Notes: generated from the letters alone by a model not told the origin. Counted from the first letter of the stretch, positions 10,072 to 20,478 are shown. The stretch is 64,000 nt of DNA from an uncultured Gammaproteobacteria bacterium (GCA_964403585.1 CAYOFQ010000001.1:1216826-1280825), one strand, 5' to 3'. Program-made: numbers and translations.

Positions 10072-10899
10072 TTAACGTTTCTTCTTTCTGCTCAAAATAT
10101 ACTTATTAGATGCTTTTTTCTTATCTCTGGTCTTACCGACAGCCTTCTTACCGTAAACAGTCTTAGGCGTCTTCATACCAATACCCGATCGGCCTTCACC
10201 ACCACCATGAGGATGAGAACCCGGATCCATGGACACACCACGAACCTGAGGTCGAATACCGCGATGGCGTGATCGACCGGCTTTACCAAGCTGAATGTTC
10301 GAATGATCCAGGTTACCAAGCTGTCCTATAGAAGCCATCGATAACTCATCAAACATACGAACTTCACCTGACGGCATCTTAATCACAACAGTACCTTCAC
10401 CACGGGACATGACAATAGCTGCAGTTCCGGCGCTTCGTACTAATTTACCACCCATTCCGCGTCGCATTTCAATATTATGAATCATTGTACCTACCGGAAT
10501 ATTCTTCAACTGCATTGCATTACCCGGTTTGGTATCGGTGATTTCACCGGATACCACCTTATCTCCCGGCTTTAAACCTTCAGGTGAGAGGATGTATCTC
10601 TTTTCACCATCTTTATAAACAACTAAAGCAATATTGGCGGTACGGTTAGGATCATATTCCACTGAAACAACCCGACCATCAATATTGAACTTATTCCGCT
10701 TAAAATCAATAACCCGGTAGAATCGCTTGTTTCGTCCACCCTGGTGACGAACGGTAACCCGACCCGAGTTATTGCGTCCTGAATTCTTGCGTAAAATAGT
10801 AACAAGTCTCTTTTCAGGATTATTTGCAATTACATCCAGGACCATGTCCAAACGATGTCTGCGCGATGGTGTTGTAGCAACATGCTTCTTTAAAGCCAT
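10072..10899 (-). CDS. rplB: 50S ribosomal protein L2
   Basis: 275 aa; conserved GGGEGRSGIGMKTPKT C-terminal region. Confidence 0.95.
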   Translation of the reverse strand: MALKKHVATTPSRRHRLDMVLDVIANNPEKRLVTILRKNSGRNNSGRVTVRHQGGRNKRFYRVIDFKRNKFNIDGRVVSVEYDPNRTANIALVVYKDGEKRYILSPEGLKPGDKVVSGEITDTKPGNAMQLKNIPVGTMIHNIEMRRGMGGKLVRSAGTAAIVMSRGEGTVVIKMPSGEVRMFDELSMASIGQLGNLDHSNIQLGKAGRSRHRGIRPQVRGVSMDPGSHPHGGGEGRSGIGMKTPKTVYGKKAVGKTRDKKKASNKYILSRKKKR

Positions 10900-10902
10900 A
10901 AA

Positions 10903-11190
10903 TTACCCCGTAACATTAAATAAACTAATTGATTCTCCCTTAACTAACGTAACAAATGCTTTTTTCCAGTCACTTCGTGGAACTTCTGTTCGTCGCTTAC
11001 CTACTCGATGTGCCTTACCATGCATAACAACAGTTCGAACATCAGTAACATGTACATTAAATAACCGCTCAATTTCCTTCTTAATCTCAATCTTGTCAGC
11101 TTTTTTAGCTACTGCGAAAGTATATACTCCGCGTGCTGAATTGCTGGTTGATTTTTCTGTTATCAATGGTCTTAATATCGTACTGTTCAT
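10903..11190 (-). CDS. rplW: 50S ribosomal protein L23 (start taken at internal Met MNSTILRPLITEKS; ORF track extends to 11268 and overlaps rplD)
   Basis: L23 motif ILRPLITEKS; with this start it abuts the rplD stop. Confidence 0.8.
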   Translation of the reverse strand: MNSTILRPLITEKSTSNSARGVYTFAVAKKADKIEIKKEIERLFNVHVTDVRTVVMHGKAHRVGKRRTEVPRSDWKKAFVTLVKGESISLFNVTG

Positions 11191-11191
11191 A

Positions 11192-11836
11192 TTATTTATC
11201 TTCCTTTTGAACTTTAGTCTTGCCAATCCAGGAATCAAGCACAGCCAACGCCTCTTTCGAAACTGCAATCATGTCATGATTTAATACTTCATACGTATTT
11301 AAATCCTGAGCTTGGATATAGTCGATACCATCAACATTTCTCAATGACTTAAGCGCATTACCCATTTCTGAAGTCAAAACAAGCAATGGTTTCTTTTTAT
11401 CAGCAACAACGTTCTTCAGACCTTTAGCGAGAGCATTAGTTTTAGCCTCAACCGAAACCAAACCATCAACAACAACTACATCCTCAACTTTAGCACTCAA
11501 AGCGCTGCGTAAAGCTGCCCGCTTCATTTTAACCGGCATACTCATAGTAAAACTATGAGCAACAGGACCATGGACTACACCACCACCGACAAAAACAGGA
11601 GCTTTAATATCACCATGTCGGGCATTACCGGTACCTTTTTGCTTAAAAATCTTGCGGGTCGAACCTGTTACATCTCCACGTCCCTTGGTATGGGCATTTC
11701 CCTGTCTCTGATTAGCCAGGTATACCCGTACTGCCTGAGCCATTAATGACTCATTAACTGGAGCCCCAAATACGGCCTGAGATAATTCAATGTCACCTTT
11801 ATTTTCACCGGTTATAGATACAACTCGAGTTTTCAT
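11192..11836 (-). CDS. rplD: 50S ribosomal protein L4
   Basis: 214 aa; operon position. Confidence 0.9.
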   Translation of the reverse strand: MKTRVVSITGENKGDIELSQAVFGAPVNESLMAQAVRVYLANQRQGNAHTKGRGDVTGSTRKIFKQKGTGNARHGDIKAPVFVGGGVVHGPVAHSFTMSMPVKMKRAALRSALSAKVEDVVVVDGLVSVEAKTNALAKGLKNVVADKKKPLLVLTSEMGNALKSLRNVDGIDYIQAQDLNTYEVLNHDMIAVSKEALAVLDSWIGKTKVQKEDK

Positions 11837-11839
11837 ACC

Positions 11840-12625
11840 TTATTTTGTCTCCTCTTCACTTTTTGCTTCAGGAGCTTCTGCCGGTTCTTCAACCGGTGCT
11901 GTCTCAGCTACAACTTCATCAGCAACAACTTCTTCTTTTACTTCTTCAGCCGGAACTTCAACCTGCTTAACCGCATCAAGTACAATTTCTTCCATCCCGG
12001 GAAAGTTCTTATTCTCACCAATTTTTGTAATAACTAACAAGCTATTTCGATGACCGGGAATAGGACCTGTCAGAAAAAGTTGATTTAATTCTTCATTGAT
12101 ATAAGCTACGGTCAAATTGCGTACGGTAGCGTTCTCACCACCGGCCCGACCGGCCATTCTTTTACCTTTAAACACACGACCCGGAGTTGTACCGGAACCG
12201 AGAGATCCGCGTGCTCTATGGCGATCACTCTGACCATGGGTTTTTGGTCCACCGCGGAAATTATAGCGTTTTACTACACCGGTAAATCCCTTACCTTTTG
12301 ATTCTCCAGTAACTTTAACTAAATCGCCAACAGCAAAAACGTCGGATAAATTCAATTTTGTGCCGGCTTCTACCGCTTCATCAGTTCGAACTTCCTTCAT
12401 ATACGCAGGAACAACACCCATTCCGGCAACTTTCTTCATGAAAGCCTTTGGAGCTCGCTTCTTTGTACCCAGTCCGAGAACGATACCATTGTATCCGGCT
12501 TTCTCGGTTTCCTTCTTTTCAACCACATAGTTAGTTCCGATAGTTACGGCTGTTAAAGTTAACTTTTTGCCGTTCTTGTCGAAACGGGTTGTCATATCTG
12601 ATTTTTTACCAAGTAAAGTATTCAT
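11840..12625 (-). CDS. rplC: 50S ribosomal protein L3 with acidic C-terminal extension
   Basis: L3 core (FTGVVKRYNFRGGPKTHGQS); about 45 extra acidic C-terminal residues (EEVKEEVVADEVVAETAPVEEPAEAPEAKSEEETK). Confidence 0.9.
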   Translation of the reverse strand: MNTLLGKKSDMTTRFDKNGKKLTLTAVTIGTNYVVEKKETEKAGYNGIVLGLGTKKRAPKAFMKKVAGMGVVPAYMKEVRTDEAVEAGTKLNLSDVFAVGDLVKVTGESKGKGFTGVVKRYNFRGGPKTHGQSDRHRARGSLGSGTTPGRVFKGKRMAGRAGGENATVRNLTVAYINEELNQLFLTGPIPGHRNSLLVITKIGENKNFPGMEEIVLDAVKQVEVPAEEVKEEVVADEVVAETAPVEEPAEAPEAKSEEETK

Positions 12626-12675
12626 ACAAAGTACAAAAAAGCCAGTTATTAACTGACCACTATTTTTAATTCATC

Positions 12676-12984
12676 CTACATTTTAATTGCGATATCCACA
12701 CCTGCTGGCAGTTCTAAGTGCATGAGGGAATCAATTGTCTTGCTCGTAGGCTCCATAATATCGATTAGCCGCTTGTGTGTTTTGAGTGTAAAATGTTCCT
12801 GGCTGTTTTTATCAATAAATGGGGAGCGGTTGACGGTATACATCGTGGTTTTAGTAGGTAAAGGTACAGGACCAACTACCTTAGCACCTGTTCGGAGTGC
12901 TGTATCTAAAATGAGTTGGCATGACTGATCGATCACTCGATTATCATAAGCCTTAAGTCGTACGCGAATTCTACCTTTTGCCAT
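12676..12984 (-). CDS. rpsJ: 30S ribosomal protein S10
   Basis: 102 aa; IRVRLKAYD...; first gene of the S10 operon. Confidence 0.9.
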   Translation of the reverse strand: MAKGRIRVRLKAYDNRVIDQSCQLILDTALRTGAKVVGPVPLPTKTTMYTVNRSPFIDKNSQEHFTLKTHKRLIDIMEPTSKTIDSLMHLELPAGVDIAIKM

Positions 12985-13124
12985 ATTAATGAGCTTACCT
13001 TATTATTAATAAAATATCAAGTACAAGACAAACTAAGAACCACACCAAATAGCGGTAGTGGTTCAGGCAGTTGAATTATACCTATGATTTGAAACCTTTT
13101 AATTAGCTCAATTCACTTCTCAGG

Positions 13125-13153
13125 AGTGTACTACAACCTCAAATCTTTTGCAA
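13125..13153 (-). promoter_or_regulatory. putative S10-operon promoter
   Basis: Minus-strand TTGCAA-N17-TACACT about 135 nt upstream of the rpsJ start. Confidence 0.3.
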
Positions 13154-13203
13154 CAGGGAACTTACACAACTCTTATATAATTAGCAAAAAATATAGATTA
13201 TGG

Positions 13204-14124
13204 CTAATAAACGGCCACAACCCAGGAATTATACTCAGGAACATCACCTTTCACTACTTTGAAGTACGCATCCTGCAACTTTTGGCCAATCTCCCCGAGG
13301 CCGATTGTATAGCCATCAATCTCACGCACCGGAGAAACTTTAGCCCCGGTCCCCGATAAGAACACCTCATCAGCAAAGTAAAGCTCCGTACGGTCAATAG
13401 AGCGCTCTACAACGGTATACGCGAGGTCTTCGGCTAATTGGATCACGGTCTTCCGGGTAATACCTTCCAGGACATTATCGGTAACCGGTGGAGTAATAAT
13501 CTTTCCTTCACGCACAATAAACAGATTTTCAGCACTCCCCTCTACCGCATGACCAAGTGAATCAAGTACAATAGCCTCATCATACCCATTTCGTAAAGCC
13601 TCTTCTTTCGCAAAGGCCGTATTTACATATGCTCCGAAGATTTTGGCACGAGCAGGAATCGCAGTATCCTCTACTCGCCTCCATGAAGATACCATGCAAC
13701 GCATACCTGAGGTCGGCACATAATCACCTAAGGGATACAGAAAAATAGCCAGAGAATCAGTTCCATGGGCAAATTTAGGCCCGATATCCACTGCATCCGT
13801 GAACTGCGACACTCGAATATACGCATCCTGCCTGATCTCATTCCGCTTTAAAAGCTCAACCAGTACCGCCAAAAACTTCTCATACGTGTACTTTTTTTCA
13901 AAGTTATCGTAGTTACACAACCGACACGACCTCAAAAATCGTTGGTAATGGTCCTCAGGACGGAAAATATACAACTGCTGCTTTTCCTCATTCCAATGCG
14001 CCCGCATCCCCGTAAATACCCCTAAGCCATACAGAAACCCGGTCGTAGCAATACTGATATTGGCCTCGGCAAAGGGTACAAACTGATCACGAAAATATAC
14101 CTGTAGGGATTTATAATCAAACAT
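13204..14124 (-). CDS. class IV (fold-type IV) PLP aminotransferase, branched-chain/D-amino-acid aminotransferase family
   Basis: EGSAENLFIV and GITR motifs typical of BCAT/DAAT; 306 aa. BCAT vs DAAT cannot be resolved by eye. Confidence 0.75.
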   Translation of the reverse strand: MFDYKSLQVYFRDQFVPFAEANISIATTGFLYGLGVFTGMRAHWNEEKQQLYIFRPEDHYQRFLRSCRLCNYDNFEKKYTYEKFLAVLVELLKRNEIRQDAYIRVSQFTDAVDIGPKFAHGTDSLAIFLYPLGDYVPTSGMRCMVSSWRRVEDTAIPARAKIFGAYVNTAFAKEEALRNGYDEAIVLDSLGHAVEGSAENLFIVREGKIITPPVTDNVLEGITRKTVIQLAEDLAYTVVERSIDRTELYFADEVFLSGTGAKVSPVREIDGYTIGLGEIGQKLQDAYFKVVKGDVPEYNSWVVAVY

Positions 14125-14179
14125 ATGGTGAAATTATATCAATGGCACTGTCGTTACGACAGTACCAGAGAGGAACGCA

Positions 14180-15604
14180 ATGCAATGGTATAATTCCAAT
14201 CCATCTATGAATGAGCAACAAAAAAGGAAGTATTCCGATCACGCACTACTTGACCAACTGCCACTCCCCTTTGTCGGGAAAAAAACCAAGATTGGCAATG
14301 GCGCTAACTCGGTCGCGATTAGGATTGAGTCAGATAACCAGGCTCGCTTCATAGCAATTATTAAAGAAGATAACCCCGAGACTCGAAATGCACTCCGAAG
14401 AGGTATGGATTTGCGTCAACAATTTCCTGAATTCACACAAGACCAAATGGCTATAGTAACCGAAGGGCTAGACGGTGAACATATAACTGTTCGCATCGGA
14501 CCCGAAATTGACGGAGGCAATCTTAATGACTACGGATTGCTCTATAACCTTTCCAACCCAACCATTAGACGAAAACTAGTACAGCTAACCGCTGAGACAC
14601 TGCACCACTTTTCGCAAACCGGCACCTTACTGGATTGGGGAGGCCGTAAACCACGGAACAAAATTCACAAAGCGCTTATCGCCGCCAACCCCCTCAGTAC
14701 CAATAATATTGTTGCCTCTGACGACCAAAGGGAGTTCATTTTTGTAGACAATGAAGTCTACGATACCTTCAACTGGAGAACAGCCAGCCCTATGTACAAA
14801 GCTGTCATAGCCATACAGTTGGCAGCCCATGTCGGCTGGGCGACTGTCATGGGTACTATCGAAAAACTGAGTTTCACCGACAAGGGATTACCAGTAGAAC
14901 AAGACTCTGCTTTCAAATTCACCGACGGCCTTTCCAAAGTAATACGTCTCTTGAAGGAATCAGGAACTAACTATTTTATCGTGGGTTCAACTGCACATGC
15001 AGCCTGGTGCGAACAATACGGTGTATTTAAAGATCTGAGTTTACATCGAGCTAACGGAACCAAAAGAGATATCGATGTAATGATCTACTCGAGCGATCAT
15101 GAGCAACTTGCTCAACTACAAGCAAAAATAACTGCACTTGAAACTGATATAAATTGCCCTGAAGTATCTCTCCATATCTCCCAAGAACTCTCTCTTTATC
15201 AAGCTAAGCAAGAAAAACGTGTCGGGAAAAGAATAAAAACCATGTTCCAAGTTCCGGTAATAGACCAGGGTCAACCTGCGGCTGCGTATGATGACCTTGT
15301 ATTATATCTCGACCCTTCAATGCTCGAACCTCAACAAATTACCTACAAAAATATTTCTATAAGAACGTTACGTCCCGAAATATTAGCCGGAATGTATATT
15401 TATCGAGGTGGTGCAGTGAAGCCGAAGGATACTGAAAAGATTAAAGAATTAGTAACTTTAGCTGGACAATCTATACCATTTGAATTTATAGAGTTTGCTC
15501 GAGAAATTAGACGCACCCATCGAAACGACTATCGCAACTTCATAATTACAGAAATTACAAAGCCATTAAGAAGTAAGATTAGAAAATTACTGTCATTTAG
15601 CTAA
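14180..15604 (+). CDS. two-domain protein: N-terminal small-kinase-like domain (Gly-loop IGNGANSVAIRI...IAIIKE) fused to C-terminal pol-beta-type nucleotidyltransferase domain (GS...TKRDIDV, ANT(2'')/Lnu-like)
   Basis: Motifs read from the translation; 474 aa; stop is 4 nt before the TagA-like gene. Confidence 0.55.
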   Translation: MQWYNSNPSMNEQQKRKYSDHALLDQLPLPFVGKKTKIGNGANSVAIRIESDNQARFIAIIKEDNPETRNALRRGMDLRQQFPEFTQDQMAIVTEGLDGEHITVRIGPEIDGGNLNDYGLLYNLSNPTIRRKLVQLTAETLHHFSQTGTLLDWGGRKPRNKIHKALIAANPLSTNNIVASDDQREFIFVDNEVYDTFNWRTASPMYKAVIAIQLAAHVGWATVMGTIEKLSFTDKGLPVEQDSAFKFTDGLSKVIRLLKESGTNYFIVGSTAHAAWCEQYGVFKDLSLHRANGTKRDIDVMIYSSDHEQLAQLQAKITALETDINCPEVSLHISQELSLYQAKQEKRVGKRIKTMFQVPVIDQGQPAAAYDDLVLYLDPSMLEPQQITYKNISIRTLRPEILAGMYIYRGGAVKPKDTEKIKELVTLAGQSIPFEFIEFAREIRRTHRNDYRNFIITEITKPLRSKIRKLLSFS

Positions 15605-15607
15605 TAT

Positions 15608-16378
15608 ATGAAAAATAATTCGGAGCGAATATTTCATCATGGAGTACCAATAGATCAATTAACTGAACCAGAGGCGCTAGCATGCATTTCCCAGCAACTT
15701 CAGATACAAGACCGCCCCAGACAAATAGTCACGCTCAATAATGAAACGTACAGCCATGCTCGAAGATATCCCAGTTTTCGAAAGGTATTAGAAGAAACCT
15801 GGCTGGTTCTAAACGAGTCTCACGGACTGACCACATTTACCTGGGTAGTACGACCAGCACTACACAAGATCCCCGGTGGAGTATATCTAGCCGAAAAAGC
15901 AGTTAATTTATGCGCTCAAGATCAAAAGCGAGTTGTATTGGTAGGAAGCAATGAAAAGAACCGTTTAACGGCAAAGACAAAACTTAAAGAAAACTATCCT
16001 CAACTAGATATTCAGCAATTGCCAGGAGATTACTCATATAACAATAGAGATGCCAATTATATTGTTCAAGGATTACAGACACTAAAACCTGATTTTGTCT
16101 TACTGGCCGGAGACGAAATTCAAAGCCAGCAATGGATCCATCAGCATATTGTCCTTCCCAACACTATCAGATGTATCATTGGAAATTTCGGCGGAACAAT
16201 CGACTACCTCACTGGAAGCTCCACTCAATGGCGGCCCAAGGAAGAAGATAATAAATGGGGCATCTCTTCGTTAATAATCAATATGCGAAGAACTCCACAA
16301 CGACGCAAGCGAGCACTTCGGGCCATGGCAAATATGGCCGTTCTGGCTGTTGAAGATCTAACCCACCAAAGGCATTAA
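15608..16378 (+). CDS. WecB/TagA/CpsF-family glycosyltransferase (N-acetylmannosaminyltransferase-like)
   Basis: N-terminus IFHHGVPIDQLTEPEALACI resembles the TagA/WecG I(L/F)GV.VD..T..EA start; 256 aa. Confidence 0.6.
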   Translation: MKNNSERIFHHGVPIDQLTEPEALACISQQLQIQDRPRQIVTLNNETYSHARRYPSFRKVLEETWLVLNESHGLTTFTWVVRPALHKIPGGVYLAEKAVNLCAQDQKRVVLVGSNEKNRLTAKTKLKENYPQLDIQQLPGDYSYNNRDANYIVQGLQTLKPDFVLLAGDEIQSQQWIHQHIVLPNTIRCIIGNFGGTIDYLTGSSTQWRPKEEDNKWGISSLIINMRRTPQRRKRALRAMANMAVLAVEDLTHQRH

Positions 16379-17080
16379 AGTTGAAACAAACTGTTCACTG
16401 ACATCATGCGGGGAAACTCCAGTAGTATCGATATACGTTACTGCAGTCCCCTCTTCTTGAAGCACCTCTAAAACTCTAAAAAACTCTGCACGGATTTCGC
16501 GCAACCCGTTATTATTCTCGTGCTGATGCCTCCATTTTGGACGTACTAACCTCTCACCTGAGATAGCTTCTTGCGCAATGCGTTCGTCAATCCGAGCAAC
16601 AGCAACTTCCGGGTCTACGTCTAAAAAAATTGTATGATCCCGATATGGTGATCCATGTAATCGACGAAGGTATGCAAGGCGCTGAGGAATTGGCAATGCA
16701 CCAAGCGACTCAGGTGTATAGTAAGGTGCGTAAGCAGCTGGATCAGCATACCCATCTCGTAATGAAAATACCACGTCGGGGTTGTACCTCCTTATAAGAC
16801 GAGGTTCCTGATATCTCCATTGAAACATTATTATCAAAGCATTAACAGCTGAAGTAAGGTGCCTATTCCGAGATTCATCAGCCTTAGTATGAAGTCTATC
16901 TAATGCCGCGGAAACCTGTTGATCAACAAACTCTTCCCTACCTCCGAGTATGATTGAGGACGGTTTCCCTATTTTTACTATACGAAGATCAGAAGGAATA
17001 GCCTGTTTAGAAATACGCCATACCGTATCTTTCCCAACACCATCTGTTCCGGTAGCACTTATTCGAACTAAACTTTCCAT
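16358..17080 (-). CDS. P-loop nucleoside-monophosphate kinase, thymidylate-kinase-like
   Basis: ISATGTDGVGKDT matches the GxDGxGK[ST]T dNMP-kinase P-loop; 240 aa; 3' end overlaps the TagA-like gene convergently by 21 nt. Confidence 0.55.
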   Translation of the reverse strand: MESLVRISATGTDGVGKDTVWRISKQAIPSDLRIVKIGKPSSIILGGREEFVDQQVSAALDRLHTKADESRNRHLTSAVNALIIMFQWRYQEPRLIRRYNPDVVFSLRDGYADPAAYAPYYTPESLGALPIPQRLAYLRRLHGSPYRDHTIFLDVDPEVAVARIDERIAQEAISGERLVRPKWRHQHENNNGLREIRAEFFRVLEVLQEEGTAVTYIDTTGVSPHDVSEQFVSTLMPLVG

Positions 17081-17144
17081 AGCACTATAAATACAATTAA
17101 TTCACGGATTGTATCATATTTATGACAAATTAGTCACATTAAAC

Positions 17145-18275
17145 TCATGTTAACAATTCTTTTGATACCAGGTGTGGTATAGTTGGTACTAACTTTGGCA
17201 CTCTCAATTCGGCAGTATTTAGAACCGTAAAAGTACTCATGATCTCTTCTAGCGATCGACTCCGCAGCAGTTTCAATCCGATCAGACATCCCATCAAGTT
17301 AGCTCTGATATCAAACCGCCACTCATTATCAAAATATCCGTCCTGAACAGGCACACTTGAGATAACATTAGTCAGATTATGCAATTTTAAGGTTTGTTTC
17401 AATTCAAAACCATACCCCGCCATAAGAGACGCTAGAGACAGTGCAGACTCTTTATGTACCATTTGGAGATAGTCTGGGATGAAACTCAACAACCCCGCTG
17501 CTTCCAAGTGCAGATGCATGTTATATTTTTGGCTTAAGCCAAGTAAAACCACCAATGCCATATGATGACTCGCGTGTATCAAACGGTCTACTCCGTTGTA
17601 TTCGACCGGATTAGTCGCTTGCTCTTTACGCAGAATACCGGCGTTATTGAATACCCGTAAATACCCTGAATTACGATCCCAGGCGTTGGGATAGCGATAC
17701 CGGCTACTACCAATTTGATTATCAAAATCAGGAGTATACGAATTAAGCAAGGCCGCGGTCGAAATAACAAAATTCATCAATAACTCGTCACGGTAGTTCA
17801 CGCTTTGAAGTGCCTCCTCCAGCCGATCGGGATAGGCACCCTTAGGAAAATAACTGGCAGCGGAATCATCGAGCGCTTGATGCGTAGAAGCCAGCAACGC
17901 CGTATAAATATCTCCCATTCCCCAGTTTGAATGAATTTCGGCAGCGGAAAAAGCATTATATGCGGCTTGATGAACGAGCGGAAAAACTAATTCATTGGTA
18001 TACCAACCAATCGGATCAGCGGTTCCAAAATAAGGTTGCGGATTGGCAAAACAAGCAATTCCATACCCAGGAAAGACATCTGTCGCAGTTGCAAGTTTCT
18101 CCTGAAGGCTTTGTCTATGTTCAAAAATCCGGTCAAGGCGATATAACGGCTCTGCAGCAACCACACTGCCAAGTAATCCTATCCTACGCAACACTTGAGC
18201 AATAGTTATTGCTCTCACCGTCCTTTCACTTCGCTCCAGGAACTGCCGTCTGGGGATTCCTTCATATAAACTCAT
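17145..18275 (-). CDS. hypothetical protein, 376 aa
   Basis: Long ORF, no recognised motif. Confidence 0.5.
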   Translation of the reverse strand: MSLYEGIPRRQFLERSERTVRAITIAQVLRRIGLLGSVVAAEPLYRLDRIFEHRQSLQEKLATATDVFPGYGIACFANPQPYFGTADPIGWYTNELVFPLVHQAAYNAFSAAEIHSNWGMGDIYTALLASTHQALDDSAASYFPKGAYPDRLEEALQSVNYRDELLMNFVISTAALLNSYTPDFDNQIGSSRYRYPNAWDRNSGYLRVFNNAGILRKEQATNPVEYNGVDRLIHASHHMALVVLLGLSQKYNMHLHLEAAGLLSFIPDYLQMVHKESALSLASLMAGYGFELKQTLKLHNLTNVISSVPVQDGYFDNEWRFDIRANLMGCLIGLKLLRSRSLEEIMSTFTVLNTAELRVPKLVPTIPHLVSKELLT

Positions 18276-18332
18276 AATTCAGTTAAAGTAGCAGTTGACC
18301 ATTATGGCTTTACCAATAAAAAACCAGAGCGC

Positions 18333-19133
18333 CTATTCTGCTGCCGAAAGCAGGTACATCCCTTGATACGCAATTAGCCGGTCGGTGACTTGACGCCGCC
18401 TCGATCTATCCAGCGGATGGACCATTTTTGGAATAACATCCCAAACAGCTTTTTCAAACAATCGGGCATGGAGTCTCCTAAACCCCGGTCTCGTTTGAAA
18501 AACGTTATCCCAACTACCGGTAACTCCTTCAAACCAGTTCGTGGTCTCTTCCTGATCAACGATAAAACCGCTTTCCTCAAATAATCGTCTATGTCCTGCT
18601 TGATCCGTAAAAATCTTATGTGTTCGGTCAAGCAGACCTGTTTCAGGCATCCTCATCTGTCGTACCGCACGCAAAGCTTCGATCATCAAGGGAATCGACC
18701 AAATCGAATGAATAGGCATGGTCACAATCACATTCTTAATATTAGGCAAAGCCCGGATACCTCTTAACACCTCTAAGGCTTCTGGACGACGAAAGTGTTC
18801 GATGACATCCAGCGCTAAGACTGTGGTAATATCGGAACTTTCATAATCAAACGGCAAATGACGGGCATCAGCTTGAATAACCCGTGCATCAGCTGCATTT
18901 CCGTGAGCCCTCCGCAGCGCACTTCGATCCAAATCGGCGCCAACAACCCGATATCCTTCCTGCATTAGTATGCGGGAGGCAACCAGATCGCTACACCCCA
19001 AATCTAGTACTGTGCCGTTACCATGTACTTTGCGTACCAATTCACGGGCAGCATCATATAATGAAGACCGCTCGCGTTCGGCAATGTCCTTACGCACATA
19101 TACACTCACACCTTCTGTTTGATTGACCGACAT
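18333..19133 (-). CDS. class I SAM-dependent methyltransferase
   Basis: Motif I VLDLGCSDL, motif post-I VVGADLD. Confidence 0.7.
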   Translation of the reverse strand: MSVNQTEGVSVYVRKDIAERERSSLYDAARELVRKVHGNGTVLDLGCSDLVASRILMQEGYRVVGADLDRSALRRAHGNAADARVIQADARHLPFDYESSDITTVLALDVIEHFRRPEALEVLRGIRALPNIKNVIVTMPIHSIWSIPLMIEALRAVRQMRMPETGLLDRTHKIFTDQAGHRRLFEESGFIVDQEETTNWFEGVTGSWDNVFQTRPGFRRLHARLFEKAVWDVIPKMVHPLDRSRRRQVTDRLIAYQGMYLLSAAE

Positions 19134-19156
19134 ATGAAAGCTATTTTACCAGATAA

Positions 19157-19189
19157 ACAAAAAAAGAGCCCCATTGCTGGGACTCTCTA
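19157..19189 (-). terminator. rho-independent terminator after tuf
   Basis: Minus-strand agagtccc-agcaat-ggggctct followed by TTTTTTT. Confidence 0.6.
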
Positions 19190-19216
19190 AAACAATTGTT
19201 TTAATTGATTTCCTGA

Positions 19217-20395
19217 TTACTCAAGAATCTTGGTTACAACACCTGCTCCAACTGTGTGTCCACCTTCGCGGATAGCGAATTTAAGACCTTCTTCAAGAGC
19301 GATTGGGGTGATCAGAGTTACAGTAACTTTGGTGTTATCACCAGGCATTACCATTTCTACACCATCCGGAAGCTTAACTTCACCGGTCACGTCAGTTGTA
19401 CGTACGTAGAACTGAGGGCGATAACCAGAGAAGAATGGAGTATGACGTCCACCCTCTTCCTTGGAGAGGATGTATGCTTCACCTTCAAACTTGGTATGTG
19501 GCTTAACTGATCCTGGCTTAGCGAGAACCTGTCCGCGCTCAACCTGATCTTTTTCAATACCACGGAGTAAGATACCAACGTTGTCTCCGGCTTGTCCCTG
19601 TTCCAACTGTTTACGGAACATTTCAACACCGGTAACGGTTGTTGTCTGAGTATTGGTGATACCGAGGATTTCGATTGTGTCACCCACTTTAACAATACCG
19701 CGCTCAACACGACCGGTAACAACAGTTCCACGGCCTTTAATTGAGAATACGTCTTCAACAGCCATCAAGAATGGCTTATCGATGTCGCGGGTTGGTTCAG
19801 GAATGTACTCATCAACAGTGTCCATTAATTTCTTGACTGCTTCAACATTAGCTGCGTCACCTTCAAGAGCCTTCAAAGCTGAACCACGAATGATTGGAGT
19901 GGTATCGCCTGGGAACTGGTAGCGAGTAAGAAGTTCACGAACTTCCATTTCGACCAAGTCGAGAAGTTCAGGGTCATCAACCATGTCGCATTTGTTAAGG
20001 AAAACAACAATTGCTGGAACACCAACCTGACGAGCCAAAAGAATGTGCTCGCGAGTCTGAGGCATAGGACCATCTGGAGCTGAAACAACGAGGATTGCTC
20101 CGTCGGTCTGTGCAGCACCGGTGATCATGTTCTTGATGTAGTCAGCGTGACCTGGCATATCAATGTGTGCATAGTGACGCTTAGCTGTTTCATATTCCTG
20201 GTGGGAAATGTTAATTGTAATACCACGTGCCTTTTCTTCAGGCGCGCTGTCGATCTGGTCATATGCGCGGTATTCCGCCATACCCTGATCAGCAAGTACT
20301 TTGGTGATAGCCGAAGTAAGAGTTGTCTTACCGTGGTCTACGTGTCCCATCGTACCAATGTTAACGTGTGGCTTTGTTCTTTGATACGTTGCCAT
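19217..20395 (-). CDS. tuf: elongation factor Tu
   Basis: [23 protein letters not shown] motifs; 392 aa. Confidence 0.97.
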   Translation of the reverse strand: MATYQRTKPHVNIGTMGHVDHGKTTLTSAITKVLADQGMAEYRAYDQIDSAPEEKARGITINISHQEYETAKRHYAHIDMPGHADYIKNMITGAAQTDGAILVVSAPDGPMPQTREHILLARQVGVPAIVVFLNKCDMVDDPELLDLVEMEVRELLTRYQFPGDTTPIIRGSALKALEGDAANVEAVKKLMDTVDEYIPEPTRDIDKPFLMAVEDVFSIKGRGTVVTGRVERGIVKVGDTIEILGITNTQTTTVTGVEMFRKQLEQGQAGDNVGILLRGIEKDQVERGQVLAKPGSVKPHTKFEGEAYILSKEEGGRHTPFFSGYRPQFYVRTTDVTGEVKLPDGVEMVMPGDNTKVTVTLITPIALEEGLKFAIREGGHTVGAGVVTKILE

Positions 20396-20478
20396 TTGTT
20401 TCTCCTTTTAAAATAATAATAACTACTAGTAATTACACGTTCAATAATTTTAATATTCTAATTCAATTTTTACAATAA

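Noticed and set aside
19256-20416. Several 80-120 aa ORFs on both strands within tuf
   Set aside because: Shadow ORFs of EF-Tu. The same applies to 20907..21170, 21875..22231 and 22296..22554 within fusA.
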